NCBI RefSeq assembly: GCF_035492295.1
Contig: NZ_DATJJK010000021.1
Span: 3,825-67,824 of the forward strand
DNA length: 64,000 nucleotides
DNA from: Acidisoma sp.
Lineage (GTDB): Bacteria; Pseudomonadota; Alphaproteobacteria; Acetobacterales; Acetobacteraceae
Reading direction: 5' to 3'
Made by a program: the position numbers and the translations under genes. The notes under the pieces are model-generated. The model worked only from the letters and a program-made list of their open reading frames with translations. It had not been told where the DNA came from and did not search any database. Numbering within the stretch: the stretch's first letter is position 1; each line of letters begins with the position of its first letter. Positions 29,058-38,768 of the stretch are shown here, in pieces.

Positions 29058-30422
29058 TCAGCGCGTCGCCATCTGATCACTGCCCAGTTGATTGGCAACA
29101 TAGCCCTTCATGTCACTGATCGCCTTGTCGACTGTCATGTCCTTATGCTGTGCGAGGTTTCCTGTCGCCTGCTGCAAGGCGTGTGACCACACCTCGTATT
29201 CCGCTTTCGCCGGCGTCAGCTTGCCATAGGGAAGAACCTCGGCGGAGACGGCATTATAAGGCGGCGCGAAATCGACGAAGGCGGGTGACTTGGTATAGCT
29301 TTGCGCGGCAGGCACGAAGCCTGCCCAGTTCGCGGCATCGATCTGGCTCTGCTCCTCTTCCATCACATCCAACAACTTCCATGCGTAGTCCTTGTGCTTG
29401 GTCGTCGCGGCGACGGCGAGGTCCCAGCCGCCGAGCGTGGTCGCGATGCCGGGCGCCTGTCCTGAAACTGTCGGGATGGCAACGACGCCAATCGTCTGCG
29501 GCGCTTCCGCCCAGCAGGGGGAGCAGATTGTCTTTGTCCAATTGCCACCATAGTAGTTGGAGCCCACGGCGATCGCGAGTTTGCCCTTCTGGAACAGCGT
29601 CAGCGGCACGGTGACGGCGGAGGGTGAGAAAAGATCGCTCAGGCTGTCGCCTAAATCCTCATTGTACATCGTCTTCACAAAGGTCAGTACTTCGCGCAGG
29701 CCCTTACTATCCACCACCCATTTGCCGCTGGCATCCTGAATGGTCGGATCGCTGGACCCGTTGAGCAGATTGCCGGTACCTTGCAGTAAGCCGTTGTCGC
29801 CGGAACTTGTGCCGACATTCAGCCAGAGCGGCACCACTCCGGGGACCTTGGCCTTGATCGCTCGCGCGGCGGTCAGAATGTCATCCCAGGTCTTGGGGTG
29901 CCAGTCTTCTGGCAGGCCGGCCTGTTTGAACATTGCCTTGTTGTAGTAGAGTTGACTGTCATTTTCTCCCGTGCTGACGGCATAGACCTTGCCATCAAAC
30001 CGGCCTTCCGACTGAATGGCAGACGGGAATTCCGTCCACCAGGATGCAGTTGCCAGCTCATCATCAAGCGGCAGAAGCCAGCCTGAAGATTGGAATTGAC
30101 CGAGGGCAGGGGTTGGCAGTTGCGCTACGTCGGGTGCCGTGCTACGCGAACGATAGAGCAAACTCAATTTGTTGATGATGTCCGTGTAGCCACCCGGAAT
30201 CGGCACGAGTTTGACTTCGGCCTCGGGATATTTCTTGTCGAAGGCCGCCTTGACGTTGTCATACCATTTCTTGGCGAAGTCATTCGTGTCGAACACGTAT
30301 TCCGAGCCGTAGGCCAGCGTGACCACGACCTTGCTTTGCGCGTGGGCGCTGACAGACACGGCGGTAACGGAGCAGGAGGCGAGAAGTGCAAGCGCCAGTC
30401 GGTGAAGTCCGGTCTTGGGCAT
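29058..30422 (-). CDS. Carbohydrate ABC transporter substrate-binding protein
   Basis: Sec signal ending AHA, APDV, YYNKAMFKQAG, TLGGWDL. Confidence 0.88.
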   Translation of the reverse strand: MPKTGLHRLALALLASCSVTAVSVSAHAQSKVVVTLAYGSEYVFDTNDFAKKWYDNVKAAFDKKYPEAEVKLVPIPGGYTDIINKLSLLYRSRSTAPDVAQLPTPALGQFQSSGWLLPLDDELATASWWTEFPSAIQSEGRFDGKVYAVSTGENDSQLYYNKAMFKQAGLPEDWHPKTWDDILTAARAIKAKVPGVVPLWLNVGTSSGDNGLLQGTGNLLNGSSDPTIQDASGKWVVDSKGLREVLTFVKTMYNEDLGDSLSDLFSPSAVTVPLTLFQKGKLAIAVGSNYYGGNWTKTICSPCWAEAPQTIGVVAIPTVSGQAPGIATTLGGWDLAVAATTKHKDYAWKLLDVMEEEQSQIDAANWAGFVPAAQSYTKSPAFVDFAPPYNAVSAEVLPYGKLTPAKAEYEVWSHALQQATGNLAQHKDMTVDKAISDMKGYVANQLGSDQMATR

Positions 30423-30492
30423 GTCGCTGTAACTCCATTGGGATGAAAGGATGCAGTCCTTTAGGCTATGGATTCGGTCGCAGTCGAAGGTC

Positions 30493-31629
30493 TCAGACAG
30501 GAATGCGGCGCGCGGCCAATGCCGTTTGCCCTAATCGGGAACGATTGATGAGGGATTGGCCACCCGTCGAATCGAAGGCGTAGAGGAAGTCGCAATCGGG
30601 GTAGAGCGTGACGGTCTCGCCAATCGTCAGCGGCGCACGACCCGGCGCACGTGCGACGATAGCCTCGCTGCCGCAACGCAGGGTCACGAAGGTCTCGCTT
30701 CCCATTGGCTCGAGAAACTCCACCACCCCGGCAAATCCGGCCGTTCCCGCAATGGGTGGCTTGAAGGAAAGGTCGCTCGGTCGGAAGCCCACCTGTACCG
30801 GCGTCTCGTTTGCGGTCGCCGTGGTCAATCCCGCGCCGAGTGCCAAGTGAGTGCCGAGACAGCCCAGGAAGACATCGTTCCCGGCGCGCAGAATTTTGCC
30901 GGGAACGATGTTCATGCGTGGCGCGCCGATGAAGCGTGCAACCCGCAAGTCACTCGGATCATCAAAAACGGCGGCTGGCGATCCAGCTTGGTGCAGACGG
31001 CCTTCGAACATGACGGCAATATGGGTTGCCATCGTCATCGCCTCCACCTGATCGTGGGTGACGTAGACGGTGGTAATGCGCAGGCGCCGATGCAGGGCGA
31101 CGATCTCTGACCGCATCTGCCCGCGCAAGGCGGCATCGAGATTGGACAGGGGCTCGTCCATGAGGAATAGCTTGGGCTCGCGCAGGAGAGCGCGGCCGAG
31201 CGCAACCCTTTGACGTTGCCCACCGGAAAGTTCCGCGGGTCGGCGGGAGAGGAGCGGGGTCAATCCCAGCATCGATGCGACTTCCGCGAGTTTCTCGCGG
31301 GTCTGCGTCTTGTTTTCGCGCCGCATGCGGGGTCCGAAGGCAAGATTTCCCTCGACCGTCATGTGTGGAAAGAGCGCGTAGGACTGAAATACCATGGCAA
31401 CATCCCGTTCACCGGGCGGTACATGGTTGACGACGCGACCATCGATGCGAATGTCACCTTCGCTCGGCTCTTCAAGCCCTGCCAGCATCCGCAAGGACGT
31501 GGTTTTGCCGCAGCCCGAAGCTCCGAGCAGGACCAGAAAATCGCCGTCGGCAATGTCGAGACACAGGTCCGCCACCGCTGCATGCGGGCCGAAGCGGCGC
31601 CATACATGATCGAAGGCGACGCTGCTCAT
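30493..31629 (-). CDS. Carbohydrate ABC transporter ATP-binding protein (MalK-like)
   Basis: GASGCGKT, LSGGQRQR, MDEPLSNLD, VTHDQ. Confidence 0.93.
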   Translation of the reverse strand: MSSVAFDHVWRRFGPHAAVADLCLDIADGDFLVLLGASGCGKTTSLRMLAGLEEPSEGDIRIDGRVVNHVPPGERDVAMVFQSYALFPHMTVEGNLAFGPRMRRENKTQTREKLAEVASMLGLTPLLSRRPAELSGGQRQRVALGRALLREPKLFLMDEPLSNLDAALRGQMRSEIVALHRRLRITTVYVTHDQVEAMTMATHIAVMFEGRLHQAGSPAAVFDDPSDLRVARFIGAPRMNIVPGKILRAGNDVFLGCLGTHLALGAGLTTATANETPVQVGFRPSDLSFKPPIAGTAGFAGVVEFLEPMGSETFVTLRCGSEAIVARAPGRAPLTIGETVTLYPDCDFLYAFDSTGGQSLINRSRLGQTALAARRIPV

Positions 31630-31707
31630 GCGCTTTCCTCCTCCAACGTCAGAGAAGGTGTCATTGCGATGTGGAACGCAGAAGAAGAAGGAGAAAAGCG
31701 CTGCATC

Positions 31708-32631
31708 TCAGAGGCCATGATGCCGCAGAACGGCGAGATTGGCGCGCTGATCGGCGGCCGCACGCGCGATACCCTCCGGACTCGGCAGAATGTCCTGCTC
31801 AATCACAAGCCAGCCCGAAAACGTTTCGCGGACCAGGCGAAAGATGGCGTCGAGCGGCAGATCACCCTGGCCAAGAGCGCAGAAGGCGCCACGCTCCCAG
31901 ATCGCTTCTGCAGGTGCGGCGTCGAGCACGATCTCGGCAATTGCGGCGCTGCGCGCGTCCTTAACGTGCAGGTGGTTGATCCGCGTGCCCCAATCCTTCA
32001 GCGCCTTCAAAGGGTCACCGCCGCCGATGATGAGATGACCGGTATCGAGACAGAGGCCGACGCTGGTCTTTTCGAGCATGCGCTCGATTTCCCAGGGCGC
32101 CTCAATGAAGGTGCCGGTTTCGTTATGAAAGGTTGGCTCGTAGCCGCGCCCGCGGCAGTGATCGGCAACCCGCTCCACACCAGTGACAAACCGCGCGAAG
32201 CCGGCCTCGTCAAGCCCGAGTCGATGATCGCGCACGGCCTGGCCGGGTTTCGCCCGGCGTGCCGTGTTGCTGAAATCCCCAAGCGTTGGACGCGGTGGCA
32301 GAGCGCCAATCCCGGAGACTGAGTCGAGAGAATCGAGAAGAGCATCGAGTTGCGGCAGCATTTCCTGGAGCGATTCAGGCTCGCTGAAGGGTAGTTCGAG
32401 ATAGGCACCGGAAAGCCCGAGCTTGCGACGGGAAAGCCGCTCGGCGAGCTGGTCGCCCTGGCCGAGATAGCCGACCGGACCAAGATCGATGCCCTGGTAT
32501 CCGGCTTCGGCCACGGCATCGAGAACCGCCTCCGCCGCGGGCGTGTTCGGGTCGATGCCAACGGTCACTTCGAAGGCGCCGAAGCTTACGGGCGCGTTGG
32601 CGATGATGATGCGGGGAGGGGGGCCACTCAT
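31708..32631 (-). CDS. IolE (myo-inosose-2 dehydratase)-like TIM-barrel protein
   Basis: ANAPVSFG, FHNETGT, LCLDTGH, HLHVKD, LVIEQD. Confidence 0.8.
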   Translation of the reverse strand: MSGPPPRIIIANAPVSFGAFEVTVGIDPNTPAAEAVLDAVAEAGYQGIDLGPVGYLGQGDQLAERLSRRKLGLSGAYLELPFSEPESLQEMLPQLDALLDSLDSVSGIGALPPRPTLGDFSNTARRAKPGQAVRDHRLGLDEAGFARFVTGVERVADHCRGRGYEPTFHNETGTFIEAPWEIERMLEKTSVGLCLDTGHLIIGGGDPLKALKDWGTRINHLHVKDARSAAIAEIVLDAAPAEAIWERGAFCALGQGDLPLDAIFRLVRETFSGWLVIEQDILPSPEGIARAAADQRANLAVLRHHGL

Positions 32632-33749
32632 GCTGCGTCTCCGATGCGGGTGGGAGCGATCACCGGCCGGCCACTAAGATGAGCCTCGATGATCGCGCGG
32701 CAGAATGCGATGTCCCGCAGAGCATCGGCGGGCGGCGTGCGCGGGGCGTCACCACGGGTGATACAGCCATGGAAATGGACAAGTTCTGCCTTGAAACTCG
32801 ATTCATAAGAAAAGACATGTTGGTTTGCCGTGGACTCCGTCCTGCCCGGCACGCCGTGCTCGTCTGCGAATTCGGCGGCCGCGTTTCGCAAATAGGGAGA
32901 CGGGAAGGTGAGCTTTAGCCGCCGTTCCGGGGCGAAGACCGCAAATTCCATGCCGTAGCGGGCGAATCCCGGCAGATCGATCCAGGTCAGGACGGCGCGC
33001 GCTTCGCCGAAGCGCATGGCGAGCGTCGCTCCGTGGCGGCCGAGATCGGCGTGATCAAGCCGGTCCGGCTCCCCCAGAAGGGCACGGATGGCGTTCAGCT
33101 CATGCACCATACTATCGAGCAGCACGGCGTGATAAAGTCGCTTGATTTCGGCGTCGCTGCCGATTGCGGCGCTGAGCCGATCGGCCGTGTCCTTCTGCAA
33201 GGCATGCAGAACCGAGGGCGCAGGTGGCGCGCCGCGCAACAGAGGATAATGAGCGACATAGGGCTCGAAGGGGGATTCGTAGGTGGTCACCCGTGCCAGG
33301 CGAATGTCTGGCACAGTTTCCAATTCGGCCTGCAACCGTTCAAAGGCGGGGTCGTAGCGCTTGTTGTAACCGACCAGCATGGTGACGCCGCTGCGTGCGG
33401 CCGCTGCCACAACCGTCTCCCCTTCAGCGACTGAGAAGGCGAGCGGTTTCTCGATGAAGACATGCTTGCCCGCCTCGGCAGCTGCAATCGCGATGGGAGC
33501 GTGGCTCCCGGGGGTGAGCACCATTACGGCGTCGATCTGCAGGCCCAGTAATTCCTGCCAGTCCGTGGTGGCGACTGGGACGCCGTAACGGTCGGCGCAA
33601 GCCTGGGCGAGTTCGAGCGAGACGTCGCAAACCGCCGCGATTTCGAACAGATCAGACAATTCCGTGAGGTAGTGGAGATGCATCACCTGGGCGATGACGC
33701 CACAGCCGATCAATCCGATCCTCACGTGAGGCGAAACGCTTCCAGGCAC
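32628..33749 (-). CDS. Gfo/Idh/MocA oxidoreductase (inositol dehydrogenase-like)
   Basis: GCGVIA, EKP, GYNKRYDP, DSMVHE; GTG start after AGGAG. Confidence 0.87.
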   Translation of the reverse strand: MPGSVSPHVRIGLIGCGVIAQVMHLHYLTELSDLFEIAAVCDVSLELAQACADRYGVPVATTDWQELLGLQIDAVMVLTPGSHAPIAIAAAEAGKHVFIEKPLAFSVAEGETVVAAAARSGVTMLVGYNKRYDPAFERLQAELETVPDIRLARVTTYESPFEPYVAHYPLLRGAPPAPSVLHALQKDTADRLSAAIGSDAEIKRLYHAVLLDSMVHELNAIRALLGEPDRLDHADLGRHGATLAMRFGEARAVLTWIDLPGFARYGMEFAVFAPERRLKLTFPSPYLRNAAAEFADEHGVPGRTESTANQHVFSYESSFKAELVHFHGCITRGDAPRTPPADALRDIAFCRAIIEAHLSGRPVIAPTRIGDAA

Positions 33750-33771
33750 CGGGCGCTCCTATTTCGTTGAA

Positions 33772-33785
33772 ATGGAACGTTCCAT
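33772..33785. promoter_or_regulatory. LacI-family operator (perfect palindrome)
   Basis: ATGGAACGTTCCAT with central CG, ~23 nt upstream of the dehydrogenase start. Confidence 0.8.
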
Positions 33786-33875
33786 AGCTCATGGTTTGAC
33801 GTCAATAGAGAGTTGGAGGGCACGGTGCCGATTCCAGGGTCGACCGATGGTCGGCCCTGAGGGCGCACCTCATCA

Positions 33876-34916
33876 TTAAGGGTGAGGAGCGCGCGCCGTG
33901 GTGCGCCGTTTCAGCAGGCTGAAATCTAAACTGTGGCGCATGGCGCGGCCCTGGATATCTCCGCGTATGCGGCCAATGAGGAGTTCCACCGCGATACGTG
34001 CCAGCTGCTCCTTTGGCTGCGCGATCGTCGAGAGGGAAATGCGCGCGATCCGGCTGATGGCAATGTCATCGAAACCAATGATGGAAAGATCCTCAGGGAC
34101 TCGCAAGCCGTACTGATCCGCACAGTCCAGGATATCCATGGCATGCAGATCGTTCGCCGCGAAAATGGCGGTCGGCCGGTCGGGTCCCGCGAGGATCGCT
34201 TCCATCGATCGGATACCGTCGTCGTTTCGCACAAGGCGCGGCCTTTCGTGCCAGCGCAGGACGCGCGGCGCCAATCCGGCCTCGTTAATGGCGGCCAAGT
34301 AGCCGTCCCGGCGTGCGCTTTCCGCTCGCGCTTCCCGCACCGTATCTGCGAAATAGATGATCCGCTGATGGCCGAGCTCGATCAGATGGCGGGTGGCGGC
34401 CGTCGCCGCCGCCAGATCGTCCACCGCGACGACATCGCCCCAGTCGGCATCGCAGGTGACAAAGACCACCGGCAGCTGGTCGCCCACCGCCAGCCGCGCC
34501 CCGTCCGCGTCCCCGGCATAGGCGAGGAACAGCAGGCCCGCTACGCGGTGCTCGATAAGCGAGCGGATCCCTTTCAGCTCGGTGTGCTCATCAACCTGCG
34601 TATTGCAGAACATCAGCTGGAAGCCGCGCGCCGCCGCGAAGCCTTCGATCAATTTCGCCATTTCGGCGTAGAAGGGGTTGCCGAGATCACCAATGACGAT
34701 GCCAAGGACGGTCGTTCGCTGCTGCACCAGCTGACGCGCGACGACATTCGGACGGTAGCCGAGCGCTTGGATGGCCTTTTCCACCCGCTCCTTGGTCTCT
34801 GGGTTGACGCCCGGAGCACCGCGGATGACGTTGGAGACAGTCGATTTTGAGAGTTCTGCCAGTCGTGCGACGTCGTGAATCGTGGCCGGCTTCTGCCGGC
34901 TGCGTGGGGGGGTCAT
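33876..34916 (-). CDS. LacI-family transcriptional regulator
   Basis: TIHDVARLAELSKSTVSNV, YRPN, VPEDLSIIGFDD. Confidence 0.93.
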   Translation of the reverse strand: MTPPRSRQKPATIHDVARLAELSKSTVSNVIRGAPGVNPETKERVEKAIQALGYRPNVVARQLVQQRTTVLGIVIGDLGNPFYAEMAKLIEGFAAARGFQLMFCNTQVDEHTELKGIRSLIEHRVAGLLFLAYAGDADGARLAVGDQLPVVFVTCDADWGDVVAVDDLAAATAATRHLIELGHQRIIYFADTVREARAESARRDGYLAAINEAGLAPRVLRWHERPRLVRNDDGIRSMEAILAGPDRPTAIFAANDLHAMDILDCADQYGLRVPEDLSIIGFDDIAISRIARISLSTIAQPKEQLARIAVELLIGRIRGDIQGRAMRHSLDFSLLKRRTTARAPHP

Positions 34917-34922
34917 GGAGGC

Positions 34923-36077
34923 CTAAAGGGCCACGCCGTTCGGGGCGATGACCACTTTCATCGCGTCCCCGCCTTGGGCGATCGCCATCGCTTCCGCGGC
35001 CCGCTCCAGCGGCATCCGGTGGGTGACGATCCGATCGAAGGGAAGGCGATCCAGATTGGCCGCCATCAACCGCATGCCAGCAAGGTAGGAGGTCGCCGTC
35101 TCGCCGCCGATCCCGATGATGCTGACGTTCTTCGTGCAGATATCTGCATTGGGATTGATCTGTACGGGGCCGAGATCCACGAATGCGCCGGCTTCCACAA
35201 CCACCCCGCCGACCCGGACTATGCGCACCGCTTCGACAAAGCTCTCCGGCACGCCGGAGCAATCGAGTACAATATCGGGTCCGAGGCCATCCGTTGCTTC
35301 GCGCGCCTTGGCAATGCGTTCTTCCATCGTCGTGTCGCCAACTTTGAAGGTTTGGCCTGCACCGAATTCCCGCGCCATGGCGAGGCGCGCTTGATGGCGG
35401 TCGGTCGCGATGATCTGGCCAGCGCCAAGCAGGCGGGCTTTGATGAGATGGCAAAGGCCCAGGGGCCCGACACCAAGGACGGCCACTGAGCCGCCGAAGG
35501 GCGTGCCGCCAAACTGCCCCAGAAGGGCGTTGGCCTTTTCCACGCCGTGAGTAACCGCCATAATTTCGGTGAGCACGGCGACATGGTCCGGCAGGTTGTC
35601 GGGTACGCGGAACAGGACCGAACGCGGCAGTAGATAGAGATACTCCGCCCAGCCACCCAGAAGGTGCGGCGGCCGGCCGCAATGCAGGCTGTTGCCGTAA
35701 TCTTCCAGATGTTCGCACATGTAGTAGGGATAGCTGTTCAAGCAGAAGCGGCAGTGCCCGCAAGCAACATTGGCGCCAGGCACGATCCGGTCTCCTGCGC
35801 GCAGGACATGGCCTTCACTGTCGCGTACTTCCCCGCCGGTGGCGACGACAATACCAACATTCTCGTGCCCGCAAATCAGCGGATAGGTGAGGTCCCGCTC
35901 ATGCGGCGTGCCGGCATACTGTTTGCTTTCGCCGAGGAACGTGTGCTTGTCCGTTCCGCAAATGCCCGAGTAGCGCATCTTCAGGATCACGGCGCCGGGT
36001 TCAGGATCAGGGATGGCGAAACTCCGAAGCTCGATGGCTCCGGGTTTTGCAACCACAGCCGCGCGCGCCGTTGCCAT
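34923..36077 (-). CDS. Zinc-binding (MDR) dehydrogenase, polyol dehydrogenase-like
   Basis: GICGTD, GHE, CGHCRFC...C, GVGPLG. Confidence 0.88.
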   Translation of the reverse strand: MATARAAVVAKPGAIELRSFAIPDPEPGAVILKMRYSGICGTDKHTFLGESKQYAGTPHERDLTYPLICGHENVGIVVATGGEVRDSEGHVLRAGDRIVPGANVACGHCRFCLNSYPYYMCEHLEDYGNSLHCGRPPHLLGGWAEYLYLLPRSVLFRVPDNLPDHVAVLTEIMAVTHGVEKANALLGQFGGTPFGGSVAVLGVGPLGLCHLIKARLLGAGQIIATDRHQARLAMAREFGAGQTFKVGDTTMEERIAKAREATDGLGPDIVLDCSGVPESFVEAVRIVRVGGVVVEAGAFVDLGPVQINPNADICTKNVSIIGIGGETATSYLAGMRLMAANLDRLPFDRIVTHRMPLERAAEAMAIAQGGDAMKVVIAPNGVAL

Positions 36078-36106
36078 CGTGGGGCCTCCTTATTCGCCAG
36101 CGGTTA

Positions 36107-36118
36107 TGGAGCGTTCCA
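36107..36118. promoter_or_regulatory. Second LacI-family operator
   Basis: TGGAGCGTTCCA, one mismatch to the core of 33773-33784; ~30 nt upstream of the MDR gene. Confidence 0.72.
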
Positions 36119-36907
36119 ATACCCCAAATGCTGCTGCGCTATCAAGGCGTCCCATGCACCCGTCCGGTCCGGCCCAAGCTGATCGCATCGCCCTGATGGA
36201 AGCCAACGCCTGCTCCGAGATCCCTCGGAGCCGAATGCGTAGGCTATTCTTCGCCGCGGGAGTAGGAGATGATGGAAAGGAAAGCGGATCGGCGGTTGCA
36301 CCACCTTCTGCGGCCCGTGCGGCGCTTGCCGGCACGAGCGGGTTCACCTTCGGGCGCAGTCCGACAGAGGCTTCTCTGAACCGCGGCTCATCACGCACGC
36401 TGGCATTGGTTTGTGTTGTTGCCGCAAGTGCGCTCTGCCCCCGTGGCAGCGGCGTTCGTGCTGCCATATTTGGTCGGGGCCGATCGGCCCCGGCATGGTG
36501 CAGGACGACGCCGATCAGTTCGCAGCGGCGCCTGAGGGCCTGGGGCCGGACGGGGTCCGTTGGTCGACGCGGGTGGGATTAAGGCAATTCCCGCTGACCG
36601 GTTTTTACTTTCCTGCCTTCCGGTGACGATCCGTGGTGCTTCGGCGGAGTGGGCGAGGGTTGTCGCCATCCTGTCGGCGTAAGGTGGTATCGGTTGACCC
36701 ACCAGGACAGGGGGCGTAATGCCCTATCCCGCACCGGAAACCTGTTTGCGATGGCGTCGTTCCACGACAGCGCTTTCCGCCACATGAGCAAATTCCGTCC
36801 TCGCGTTGCCGTGAGTAACTTCCGACCCCGCCGCAAGTTCCGGCGCGAGAGCTTAATGGCATGGGTGCGCACACTGCACCGCCCTTCGAACAGGTGACGG
36901 CTGGACA

Positions 36908-37936
36908 ATGAGAGGGATTAGGTTGGCATCTCCTGATGAAGACATCAGAAAACTGAGCCGAAGTCTTGGGACATACCGTCAGGCGACGACGTCACGCAGC
37001 ACCGTGGAGTTAGTCCTTACGGCAGTGCCCTTCGTGGCGCTATGGGCGCTGATGTGGGTGGCTCTCGATATCAGCTATTGGCTGTGTCTGCTACTGGCCG
37101 TGCCGACCGCTGGCTTCCTGATACGACTCTTCATCGTTCAGCATGACTGTGGACACGGCTCGTTTTTCCAGCGCCGATCGACGAACGACTGGGTAGGCAG
37201 GGTTGTCGGCGTGATCACGTTCACGCCTTACGATTGTTGGCGCCGCACGCATGCGATGCATCATGGAGCCGTCGGCGATCTCGAACACCGCGGTGTCGGA
37301 GATATCGAGACGCTCACGGTCAGGGAATACCTGGCGCGAAGCTCCCTGAGCCGCCTGCGCTACCGTCTTTACCGCCACCCGGCGATCATGTTCGGTCTCA
37401 TTCCTGCCTATCTTTTCCTTCTGCACTACCGTCTGCCGGTGGGACTCATGCGGAAGGGCTGGCGGCCATGGGTGAGCTCAATGGCGACGAATGTCGCGAT
37501 CGCGGCGGCTGTCGGGTTGATGGCTTGGCTTGTTGGGGCGGGACCTTTCCTCCTTGTGGAGGGCCCGGTGGTGTTGATCGCGGCGTCGGTTGCCGTGTGG
37601 CTGTTCTATGTTCAGCACCAATTCGAATATACCCGATGGGAAGATGGGGCGAACTGGAACTTCCACGCGGCGGCGCTTCACGGAAGTTCGTACTATGCCT
37701 TGCCGCCCGTCCTTGCCTGGATGACAGGGAATATCGGGGTGCACCATGTGCATCATATGTGCAGCCGCATTCCATCCTATCGTCTATCTGAAGTCTTGCG
37801 TGATCATCCCGAGCTGGCAAAAGTCGGCCGGCTGACCGTTGTTCAAAGTTTACGATGCGCCGTACTTGCTCTTTGGGACGAGCAGGAGAGGCGACTGATA
37901 TCGTTCCGAGAATTGCGGGCACGGGTTTCGGGCTGA
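36908..37936 (+). CDS. Membrane-bound fatty acid desaturase (Des type)
   Basis: Three His boxes HDCGH, HAMHH, HHVHH plus YVQHQFE. Confidence 0.92.
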   Translation: MRGIRLASPDEDIRKLSRSLGTYRQATTSRSTVELVLTAVPFVALWALMWVALDISYWLCLLLAVPTAGFLIRLFIVQHDCGHGSFFQRRSTNDWVGRVVGVITFTPYDCWRRTHAMHHGAVGDLEHRGVGDIETLTVREYLARSSLSRLRYRLYRHPAIMFGLIPAYLFLLHYRLPVGLMRKGWRPWVSSMATNVAIAAAVGLMAWLVGAGPFLLVEGPVVLIAASVAVWLFYVQHQFEYTRWEDGANWNFHAAALHGSSYYALPPVLAWMTGNIGVHHVHHMCSRIPSYRLSEVLRDHPELAKVGRLTVVQSLRCAVLALWDEQERRLISFRELRARVSG

Positions 37937-37949
37937 AGTCCTGCGCAGG

Positions 37950-37975
37950 CAGCCCCGCCCATGAGGGCAGGGCTG
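37950..37975. terminator. GC-rich hairpin between convergent genes
   Basis: CAGCCCCGCCC-ATGA-GGGCAGGGCTG (fully paired with one U-G wobble on the minus strand); no strong U tract. Confidence 0.45.
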
Positions 37976-38011
37976 TTGGTCGCAAGAGTGGTCCAGTCAG
38001 CGACGCTTTGC

Positions 38012-38236
38012 TTACTGGGCCATACCTTGTTTCTTTTTGACCAAGGTCCCGATACAGGTGGGCGAAAGTTCTTTCATATGTTTCTTCATGCACTGCTTCA
38101 GATGGCCAGGGCCAGCATTGGGGCAGTAGCGCTGGATATCGGGGCCGCAGGCCTGGAGGACGGTCTGAGCCACCGCCGCTGATGATAGACCCGCAACTCC
38201 GGAGATCATTAGCAAGGCCGCAAGGTAAGTTTTCAT
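38012..38236 (-). CDS. Small secreted cysteine-rich-repeat protein (74 aa)
   Basis: Signal MKTYLAALL...AVA followed by ACGPDIQRYC...QCMKKH..ELSPTC; AGGA upstream of ATG 38236. Confidence 0.75.
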   Translation of the reverse strand: MKTYLAALLMISGVAGLSSAAVAQTVLQACGPDIQRYCPNAGPGHLKQCMKKHMKELSPTCIGTLVKKKQGMAQ

Positions 38237-38478
38237 CGTCCGTCCTGTTGCAACAGTTTGGGTTTGTTTCTTGTGAGCAGATCGGGAGCGGGCGCGCGAG
38301 AAGGCTGCGAGCACGTCCCGCGCCACCTTATACGCGCCTGTCGCTCGGCATGAGCCGACTTATTTTGCCAGGATGAAGCATCTTTGCCGCGACCTTGCCC
38401 GCAAGATATCATCGTACCTGTCTTGGCGGGACAGGTTAGAGGTGACGCGGAGCAGAGACGGCGGTGTTACGCACCGTA

Positions 38479-38768
38479 AAATCGATGGTCAACCCGACAT
38501 AGATCGGCGAACGCCGGTCGAGAAACGCGGCGGAGGACGGGTCAGTCGACAGACCCCATCATGCCTTTCCAAAAAGCGCCGGATGGTCAGGATATTGGCC
38601 AGAATCCGCGCGCTACGCACAGCCGCCGCTGCGCCGCCAGCGCCTGCGGTGTGCTCGCGCCCCTGCCGATTGCAGTAAAGTGGTCAAGTTCGATCACGGC
38701 AGGCAGCGCGGCGGTCACCCGGTACCCCACATGCCGCTCATGAATAACGCGGGCAAGAGGTCTTCCAT
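38479..38768 (-). pseudogene. Frameshifted, truncated O-methyltransferase (N-terminal dimerisation domain only)
   Basis: Hand translation across three frameshifts: MEDLLPALFMSGMWG / YRVTAALPAVIELDHFTAIGRGASTPQALA / AVRSARILANILTIRRFLERHDGVCRLT / SSAAFLDRRSPIYVGLTIDF. Confidence 0.75.

Noticed and set aside
36013-36908. Several 70-190 aa ORFs upstream of the desaturase
   Set aside because: Mutually overlapping, Arg/Pro-rich, no motifs; treated as non-coding
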